From a virus (lineage: Duplodnaviria > Heunggongvirae > Uroviricota > Caudoviricetes), in IMG/VR virus record IMGVR_UViG_2690316068_000002: a stretch of DNA of 64,000 bases; one strand, 5' to 3'. The notes under the pieces are model-generated. The model was not told where the DNA came from, did no database searches, and worked only from the letters and a program-made list of their open reading frames with translations. Positions 57,033 to 64,000 of the stretch are shown piece by piece. The translations under genes were made by a program, and so were the position numbers. The stretch's first letter is position 1. The number at the start of each line of letters is the position of its first letter.

Positions 57033-60000
57033 TCACAGACGGCCAATTCTTACTCGTAGGACGTTGTTATCGTCATAAACGTCAATCCGCTGACCATTTA
57101 TAACCAATCGCCCATTGCCGCCGCTATTACCGTTGATCTCAAGCGTTCCATTTTTGCCGAACCGCCATCCAGATCTACCGCTAACAAAATTGGTAGATTG
57201 CAGATCGCCTACTTTTGCATTGGTGATTGTGCCATCCTTGATATACGCTCCATTCATATAGGCGATACTGTTTTCGATAACAAATGGCGTTGTGATCTTC
57301 CCGTTAACAGAGTTGACCAAACCAAACCTGTCCGCCTGAACCAAAAACTGAGATAGCCCAGTGGTGTCAATACCAAGCGCAATACCGGCAACATACTTCT
57401 GCCCTCCGCTCGTTGAAGTCTCCATTTTCAACGTCCACGCGGTTGATACTTTTTTGTTGGTATCAGCAATAGCTGTTGCCTGCTGTTGAATTATCGCGGT
57501 ATTTCCATCCACCTCTGCTTTCAGAGTATCGATTCGCCCACTCAGAGCATTATCTGCCTGCGTTCTCGCTGTCGTTTCAGTTGTTACCGCCGCGGAAATG
57601 TTGGCTGCCGTTTGAGACTCTAAGTTTGTGATTTGAGTCGCCAATGCAGCATCTTGCTCTGTACGCGTTTTCGTTTCGGTTGCTACAGCCGCTTTAATAT
57701 CCTCTTTGTATTGAGAGGTCAGCTTGGTGATCTGAGATGACAACGCCGAGTCAGCATCAGTTCGAGCCTGCGTTTCAACTGCAACGGCCGCACTAATATC
57801 TTTCGCAGTCTGTGCTTTTAAACTTGAAACCTCTTTTGTTAAAGCGGTATCACCATCTGCACGAGCCGTTGTTTCTCTGGCAAGAGATGCCTCGAGATCA
57901 TTAGCTTTTGCTGTAAGAGACGTAATCTGAGTGGACAATGCACTATCGGCATCAGTCCTTGCCTTTGTCTCTACAGCAACCGCTGCGGCAATATCAGTTC
58001 CGGTCTGTGCTCGCAGGCTGTTAATTTCTCGTGAGAGCGCCTGGTCAGCACTTGCCCTGGCCTCCTGCTCCTGAGTGATGGCGGCGGATATATCACCGTC
58101 AACCTTTGCTTGAAGCTGGTTTATTTGTTTGGCTAAGGCAGAGTCCCCGCTTGCTCGAGCCTCCTGCTCACTACGTATTGCAGCAGAAATATCATCATCA
58201 ACCTTTGCCTGAAGTTGGGTGATCTGGCTTGCCAGAGCCGAATCTTCCGTTGCTCGGGCTTCTTGCTCCTCCTTAATAGCTGCGACGATATCGTTGCTTA
58301 CTTTCGACTCAAGCTGAGTGATCTGTGTCGTCAGAGCTTCATCGGCAGATGTACGAGCCTCCTGCTCTGTACTAATCGCCGCGCTGATATCTCCTTCAAA
58401 CTTAGATTGCAGCTGAGTGACACGCTTTGCCAACGCTTCATCGCCATCGGCACGAGCGGTGGACTCTTCCAGAATACTGGCCTTAATGTCTTCGCCAATT
58501 TCTACGCGAATTTCCTCAACCTTCGTGGCCATTGCAGACATATCATCAGCAAAGGTTTTCTGTGTTGTTGCGATCTTCGCGTTATTGACCATCTGCTTGT
58601 GCTGGTCTTCATCTTGACGAAGAGCCAGGTCAATATTTGTTTTGGCTAACGCCTCAATGTTCGTAGTCAGTTCTGCACTGGCACGATCGACCTCTGCAAC
58701 CGTCTTTTTCATTTCTTCAACGGCAGCGGAGCTTTCCTCTACCGTTGACTGCAACACTTCCAGTTGTTTAGCGTTTGCAGCATCGCCTTCAACACGAGCC
58801 TCGCTTTCCTTAGCAATAAGAGCCGCCGCTTCATCTCTTGCAGCCTTTATTGCCTCGACTGTATTAGCGAGAGCTTTATCGTGTTCAGATACGGTGTTTT
58901 CGATTTCAACAATTGCAGCATCAGTAGCATCAATTTTTTCAAACGCTTCATTGACCTTGTCGATCGTTGCCGAAACCTCACCTTTAAGCTCGGTTTGTGC
59001 GTTCTCCAAAGCATCGCTACGCTCGTTGAATTTTATTTCAAAATCCGCGAGGTTATCGCTGAACTGCTTATCTAATTCAGCTATATCTTCCTTAACGTCG
59101 TTTACCGCCCCCTCCAAAGATTCGACGCTCTGGTTGATATGCTCATTTAACTCGTCAACTGCCTCTTGAGAGGCTTTGCTGTTGATGTCCTCAAGCAGAG
59201 CCTGACCAAGCTCGGAAGATGTAATTTTGCCAGTCAGGAACGACAGTACATCGCGAGTTGTCGCCTCTGTACCCAAGTTTGAGTTCGGAGGACTTAACAT
59301 GCCGCGCTTGTTCGATGCTCGAACCCAGTAATACCACGTTTCACTATCCCCAAGACCAGCATGTGTAAAGGTGGTGCTTGCAGACTCTGCGATCAGTTTC
59401 GCCGTATCCAGATTGTTGGTCTGGGATGCGTAAACATTAATGTGATCAAGGTCTACCGAATCTGGATTAACCCAATTCAGTATCACATTACGATAGTCTC
59501 CAACGGCCGTTAATGACGTTGGTGCATCCGGCGGTGTCATTGTGCCCAGCACCTGATAAACGGTACTGATAATCTCTGTTTTTTTACCGTTGAATGAAAC
59601 CGCATACAGTTGGAAGTCGTAGCGTCCATTCTCCGCGACATTAACGATTTCGTATTGCTCTTCGGTTACACGCGCCGATTGCCAGTTCGATACATTGTTT
59701 TCATCAGAACGTCGCCAACTGATCCAATACTCTGGAGATTTCCCTTCCCATGTTGCAGTCAGTTTTACTGACAGGTTGCCCGGGCTTGAGAGATAAGTCC
59801 CTTCAGTGATTTGCAGATTAGATGGCTTGGAGTAAGTTGGGTCCAATACCGTCGTATTCTGCGGGATCAGCGTTGCACCATTGTCGATTGCCTCATATTT
59901 AGACGGATTGTTCTCAACAGCGGTGATGTCAAAGCTACCCGGCGTTTCCCCCTGCGCGATGTTAACGATGCGAACGCGCATAGGTTCGAGGTCTGGTTCT

Positions 60001-61766
60001 GTAATAGTCCAGACGCCGTTCAAAACAGGCGTTTCCGCTGACGACAGAGCTTTTGAAAACGTAACCTTTGTTATGCTTTCGCCAGTTTCAAGAACATCGC
60101 GTTCAACGATTTTGCCTTCCTGATTCAATATCCGAATAAAGCTGCCGCTTTTAGCTAACGACACAGGCGCATCGAGAGTGATGCTGTTTTTGGTAAACTC
60201 CACAATTCGACCGGAGTTACGTTTACCTGCACGATATTTGTTCTGAATCAGAACGGTTTCACCGGGCATCAGAAATGAGGCGTCTAAACCGGCAGTAAAT
60301 GTAATTACATCCGACTCCATTCTGGCGGTATACAAAAGCCACAAACCAACTCGGTGAGCTTGGCCTCGACTTGTACATCCAAATGCTACGACTTCTGTTT
60401 TACGCTCACCATAACGGCGCATTGCGTCCTGATCTTCAACGTACTCAATGTTTTGCTTATAACCGTCCTCCTTGTTGTTGTAGGTTACGAGCGCAACGGA
60501 TGGGCGATCTTTACGCGCAGAACCTTTATAGGTAAACAATCCATCTTTGACGTTCGAGTTGGTAAACATCATTACCGGATCTGATGGGCTATCCTGCATG
60601 ATGTTAACCATGCCACCAGCCCAAAACACCATACCGCGGAATGCACCGGCAATATCCTGAATTAATCGGTATGCGTCCTGTCGACTGGTGATCTGCGTAT
60701 TGATTGCAAAGCGTTTCTCTTTACTACCAAAGCCATCATCAACCTCTTCGTCACAATATCGACCGATCTGGTATAGCTGGCCGAGGTCAATCATAGATTC
60801 CGACACATACTGACCAAGGCCATATCGAGCATTGGTAAGCAAATCAAAGAGAATCCACGCGGGGTTTGAAGAAGACAACAGCTTAAAAGTGCCATCCCAT
60901 ACACCATCATAAGTGTTGCTGGCCTCGTTGTAGTTTGACGGCACGCGAATTTTTAATCCACGTACCAAATACGAACGAGATGGCATGGTGCTACCAAACT
61001 GCTCAGAATTAACCTTCAGACCCACCAGCACAGAGTTTGGGTAGTTCATCGGTGTATCTACAATCTCACCTATTGAGTCCACCCATGTATCGTTATAGAG
61101 ATACTGGCTGCTGTTATCATCGGTAATACGGACTACACGAACCTTGTACGCGCGTCCAGGCTTAGGCAGCTTCAGCTCATAGCTACGGTAATAAACACCT
61201 GTCTTCTTTGCTGTTAGCTTAATGCCAACGCTTTTTTCACCTTCCGCGACCACATCTACAAATGTTGAGTCGCCATTTGCTATCTGGAACTTGTACTCAA
61301 CAGTCGTACCGTTCGTGTCACCAGTTTTTTTATCTATGCTTCGCAAAGAAGGAAACTTCATGATGACACGAACCCGATCAGCTTCATCGTTATCGATTGA
61401 AACCGTTACATAATGTGTTTTTTTTAACTGGATATTGACGGATTTAGGCGTTTCAACGAAATCAAAGCCAGACATTGGAGTCTGGTCTTGTGAACCGTCG
61501 CGAAAATCCCATGTGATTCCGCTGAAGTTGGAGGAACCGTCTTCATTTACAATCGGCAGATCGTCGATAAAAATAGATCTTGCGCCATTTACTAAGCCGC
61601 CAATTACCCCTTCCCCAAGAAGATCGAGGATAGCGGCCATTGCACGAGAATTTACGGTATCGTCGGCTTCAACCGGTGTACGGCTGGAGCTTTTGCTGCT
61701 TTTTTTACCACCCGCACCGGCAATAAACAGCGGTAGCTTTTTCTTCTTGAACTGTTCCATGTTCAA
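57033..61766 (-). CDS. lambda gpJ-like central tail fiber / host specificity protein with long coiled-coil insertion
   Basis: 1577 aa; FGCTSRGQAHRVGLWLLYT and N-terminal region collinear with lambda J; C-terminal SQFLVQADRFGLVN resembles lambda J. Confidence 0.85.
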   Translation of the reverse strand: MNMEQFKKKKLPLFIAGAGGKKSSKSSSRTPVEADDTVNSRAMAAILDLLGEGVIGGLVNGARSIFIDDLPIVNEDGSSNFSGITWDFRDGSQDQTPMSGFDFVETPKSVNIQLKKTHYVTVSIDNDEADRVRVIMKFPSLRSIDKKTGDTNGTTVEYKFQIANGDSTFVDVVAEGEKSVGIKLTAKKTGVYYRSYELKLPKPGRAYKVRVVRITDDNSSQYLYNDTWVDSIGEIVDTPMNYPNSVLVGLKVNSEQFGSTMPSRSYLVRGLKIRVPSNYNEASNTYDGVWDGTFKLLSSSNPAWILFDLLTNARYGLGQYVSESMIDLGQLYQIGRYCDEEVDDGFGSKEKRFAINTQITSRQDAYRLIQDIAGAFRGMVFWAGGMVNIMQDSPSDPVMMFTNSNVKDGLFTYKGSARKDRPSVALVTYNNKEDGYKQNIEYVEDQDAMRRYGERKTEVVAFGCTSRGQAHRVGLWLLYTARMESDVITFTAGLDASFLMPGETVLIQNKYRAGKRNSGRIVEFTKNSITLDAPVSLAKSGSFIRILNQEGKIVERDVLETGESITKVTFSKALSSAETPVLNGVWTITEPDLEPMRVRIVNIAQGETPGSFDITAVENNPSKYEAIDNGATLIPQNTTVLDPTYSKPSNLQITEGTYLSSPGNLSVKLTATWEGKSPEYWISWRRSDENNVSNWQSARVTEEQYEIVNVAENGRYDFQLYAVSFNGKKTEIISTVYQVLGTMTPPDAPTSLTAVGDYRNVILNWVNPDSVDLDHINVYASQTNNLDTAKLIAESASTTFTHAGLGDSETWYYWVRASNKRGMLSPPNSNLGTEATTRDVLSFLTGKITSSELGQALLEDINSKASQEAVDELNEHINQSVESLEGAVNDVKEDIAELDKQFSDNLADFEIKFNERSDALENAQTELKGEVSATIDKVNEAFEKIDATDAAIVEIENTVSEHDKALANTVEAIKAARDEAAALIAKESEARVEGDAANAKQLEVLQSTVEESSAAVEEMKKTVAEVDRASAELTTNIEALAKTNIDLALRQDEDQHKQMVNNAKIATTQKTFADDMSAMATKVEEIRVEIGEDIKASILEESTARADGDEALAKRVTQLQSKFEGDISAAISTEQEARTSADEALTTQITQLESKVSNDIVAAIKEEQEARATEDSALASQITQLQAKVDDDISAAIRSEQEARASGDSALAKQINQLQAKVDGDISAAITQEQEARASADQALSREINSLRAQTGTDIAAAVAVETKARTDADSALSTQITSLTAKANDLEASLARETTARADGDTALTKEVSSLKAQTAKDISAAVAVETQARTDADSALSSQITKLTSQYKEDIKAAVATETKTRTEQDAALATQITNLESQTAANISAAVTTETTARTQADNALSGRIDTLKAEVDGNTAIIQQQATAIADTNKKVSTAWTLKMETSTSGGQKYVAGIALGIDTTGLSQFLVQADRFGLVNSVNGKITTPFVIENSIAYMNGAYIKDGTITNAKVGDLQSTNFVSGRSGWRFGKNGTLEINGNSGGNGRLVINGQRIDVYDDNNVLRVRIGRL
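57450..59200 (-). repeat. tandem ~84-87 bp repeats encoding ~28-aa coiled-coil units within J-like gene
   Basis: Repeating units D-x-ALA-x-QITQLQAKVD-x-DISAAI-x-EQEARA, more than 12 copies; boundaries approximate. Confidence 0.6.
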
Positions 61767-61777
61767 AAAATCCTTGT

Positions 61778-62371
61778 TTACATTAGCTGGTCAATCGTGA
61801 TTGAAGAACTCACAACCTGTGAGCCAACCAGAATTTCCTCGCCATAGATAAGTTGTACTGGGTTGCCCTGGTTTTCTGTATTTTGAGGGCCGTCGAAATA
61901 ATAAGAGTTCGAGTTATCTGCCTGTCTCACACTTTCGTTAGTGGCTTGCGGCGATATGATTTGTGATATGCCGCCCATCATCAGTGACAAACCGAGAGGT
62001 GCTAAAGCAGGCATCACTACCGCCGATACAACCAACAAAGCGGCCCCTACTACCGTCTGAAACCACCCAAAAGCAGATCCACCGCTTCCTCGCGGAACAG
62101 GTGTAATGCGGATTTTGGCAATGTTGTCAGACTGCCCCATCATCTGATATTCACTTTCGTCAACAGACCACTTGTGGCCCTGTTTATTGGTGATCTGGAT
62201 GTGGTAACGGTCATAGGTTTTGATATTGCGCTTCATCCATGCTTTAAACCCAGGCTTGTTGGCCTCAATTAAATCCAGAGCCTGTTTTGTATTGCGCACC
62301 TTTAGATGCCAGTGGCGGCCAAAATGTTTGGCCATAGGGCCGCCAAGCTGCACATGAACTAACTCAGACAC
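61778..62371 (-). CDS. lambda gpI-like tail assembly protein
   Basis: 197 aa; hydrophobic Gly/Ala-rich segment VVGAALLVVSAVVMPALAPLGLSLMMGG and C-terminal LIYGEEILVGSQVV resemble lambda I. Confidence 0.7.
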   Translation of the reverse strand: MSELVHVQLGGPMAKHFGRHWHLKVRNTKQALDLIEANKPGFKAWMKRNIKTYDRYHIQITNKQGHKWSVDESEYQMMGQSDNIAKIRITPVPRGSGGSAFGWFQTVVGAALLVVSAVVMPALAPLGLSLMMGGISQIISPQATNESVRQADNSNSYYFDGPQNTENQGNPVQLIYGEEILVGSQVVSSSITIDQLM

Positions 62372-63117
62372 GTCTCATCTCCCTTGAGCAAGTCTCTGTG
62401 ACGCAAGTGATGCGTCGTATGTTTCTGATACATTCCGCCGTAATAAGCACGACAACTAAGGCGGTCGATCTGGTGATGAAGAATCATTCCATCGCCGATA
62501 TAAACCGCGCAGTGGTCGGGCATTTTCCCGTATTGGATAAAGAAGATGTCCCCACGTTGAGGCTCTGTTCCGGGCGCAAGACGCACCAATCCTTCGTTAC
62601 GGTAGTTCTGATCGAGAATGTCGTTATCGCCGGTGTACCACGATGGAATATGCAGGTGTGCGTTCGGGTTTAGTTCGACGTTAAACTCACGCTTCAAATA
62701 GTCCCGACACAACATCCAGCAATCGAATACGCCAAATACATACGGTCTGCCCAGGTATGGCATTTCGAAACCATCAGGTGTGATCACATTCATCTCGCTA
62801 AAATGGAAAGGGGCATCTCCCTCAACATTCTTGCGAATAGCCAGAATCATCCACGGAACTTCCGTCGCTTCGCAGCCTGCACGATCGGCATCAGATGCTT
62901 CTGCTGATTCATCAGTATGTGAATGCCAGATTGCGATAACATCACCCGCATCCTCTGCCGCCATAATGTCGTCAACGTGCATTACAAAAGTGTTCTGCGG
63001 GTTCTCCGAAACATTCCGCGCTTCCATAAAGCGATATTTGTCGCCATTAGTTCTAACCAGAAAGCCACACGCTTCATTAGGGTAGCGATTTATGGCGCAG
63101 AGATAGATTTGCTGCAT
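62359..63117 (-). CDS. lambda gpK-like tail assembly protein (MPN/JAMM plus NlpC/P60 domains)
   Basis: ORF 62359..63183 trimmed to ATG at 63117 by alignment to lambda K N-terminus; JAMM-like HSHTDES motif. Confidence 0.7.
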   Translation of the reverse strand: MQQIYLCAINRYPNEACGFLVRTNGDKYRFMEARNVSENPQNTFVMHVDDIMAAEDAGDVIAIWHSHTDESAEASDADRAGCEATEVPWMILAIRKNVEGDAPFHFSEMNVITPDGFEMPYLGRPYVFGVFDCWMLCRDYLKREFNVELNPNAHLHIPSWYTGDNDILDQNYRNEGLVRLAPGTEPQRGDIFFIQYGKMPDHCAVYIGDGMILHHQIDRLSCRAYYGGMYQKHTTHHLRHRDLLKGDETCLS

Positions 63118-63148
63118 AACGTCAGAGCCAAGCTCAGGGATTGCTTTA

Positions 63149-63847
63149 TTACCCATACCGCGTAGCTCCAATAAATCCGCCAAAATGGATCACACCGTCG
63201 GCAAAATAATTCCGACGCGCATTACAGGCGTCATAACGTTTTGTGCAGTAATCCGCACCAGACATAGACGTCTGCTGGTTATTTTTGTCGAAATATGGAC
63301 CGGTATAGCCGCATTCTGGCCCTCGGTATTTCCACGGGCAGGTGTTTTTAATGATCTGACGATACGGCAGTTGCACCCCCATCAAATCGAACACACTGGA
63401 CAATTCAAACTCGACAACCTTATGAGTTTCGAGAGTTTTCTGTTCGATAAACCACATTTCATCCGGGAAATGTTGGTTTGGATCTGCTGTTGGGTTGCCG
63501 TCTTTAAAATTAACGGCATCGAGGAAGCGAGCCAGCGTCATCTTGCGAATAATGCGGCAGCCAACAAGATCGTCGTTCGCCTGAACTTCCGCAGAGACGG
63601 TTCCGGCAAAGTTCGATACCTGAATTTTTGGACGTGGCAACGTTCCCTGGCCCGTTTTGTCAAAACCTGATGCTTTGATTGGCCACGGCTCGTATGTCAC
63701 TCCTTGCCAGACGACCGGTTGCATCAGTTCGTTTGTTCCGGCGTGGAAGAATAGCTTCCCCCCTGAAGTTGTGTTCGACATATCCAGTACGAACAACTCA
63801 ATGAGTGCAGAGGGAGATAAGCTCTGAATATCAGCTTTAATTCCCAT
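63149..63847 (-). CDS. lambda gpL-like minor tail protein
   Basis: ORF 63149..63880 trimmed to ATG at 63847 (AAGGA RBS); ARFLDAVNF and C-W-YRG-ECGY-GP cysteine motif as in lambda L. Confidence 0.75.
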   Translation of the reverse strand: MGIKADIQSLSPSALIELFVLDMSNTTSGGKLFFHAGTNELMQPVVWQGVTYEPWPIKASGFDKTGQGTLPRPKIQVSNFAGTVSAEVQANDDLVGCRIIRKMTLARFLDAVNFKDGNPTADPNQHFPDEMWFIEQKTLETHKVVEFELSSVFDLMGVQLPYRQIIKNTCPWKYRGPECGYTGPYFDKNNQQTSMSGADYCTKRYDACNARRNYFADGVIHFGGFIGATRYG

Positions 63848-64000
63848 TGTTTCATCCTTGAAATAAGTAGGCGCTAACATCCTGTCAGCGCCACAATGAT
63901 AGTAAATTAGTACTTACTTATCCAGATACTTAAGCCTCAAATACTTGTCTGAATGTAGCAGTTAAGACACAGTACCCCTGATATCGCTTGACCGTATGAC

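Noticed and set aside
1-64000. Identification of the element as a T5-like virulent phage
   Set aside because: The NrdAB/ThyA/DHFR/FEN/SbcCD/tRNA set first suggested T5, but the polymerase is DnaE-type, the tail-tip genes are lambda-like (L, K, I, J), and a plasmid replicon, partition pair, toxin-antitoxin pair and tyrosine recombinase are present.

Overview
This 64 kb window reads as part of a large Enterobacteriaceae phage-plasmid: a tailed phage that also carries a plasmid-type maintenance backbone. The closest match I can name from memory is the SSU5/pHCM2-like group, but that is inference only; no database search was possible. Almost all genes are on the minus strand. From left to right: a nucleotide-metabolism block (RNase H, N6-adenine methyltransferase, DnaQ-like exonuclease, P-loop kinase, DHFR, thymidylate synthase, NrdB, NrdA); a recombination block (RuvC-like resolvase, SbcC/SbcD); a plasmid-type origin (DnaA box, six GATC sites, RepA gene flanked by 5 + 12 iterons); RecA, flap endonuclease and an SSB-like protein; a plus-strand island with a host-like cold-shock protein; a DnaE-type polymerase with a MoxR-AAA/vWA pair; a tyrosine recombinase with an adjacent perfect 13-7-13 inverted-repeat site; four tRNAs; ligase, primase and DnaB-like helicase; a ParA-type partition pair and a DUF1778/GNAT toxin-antitoxin pair; a lysis cassette; and lambda-like tail-tip genes (L, K, I, J) plus a repeat-rich side tail fiber. 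Calls rest on motifs recognised by eye and on gene context. Coordinates of short elements (tRNAs, iterons, hairpins) may be off by 1-2 nt; in one region my manual indexing disagreed with the ORF track by 1 nt.
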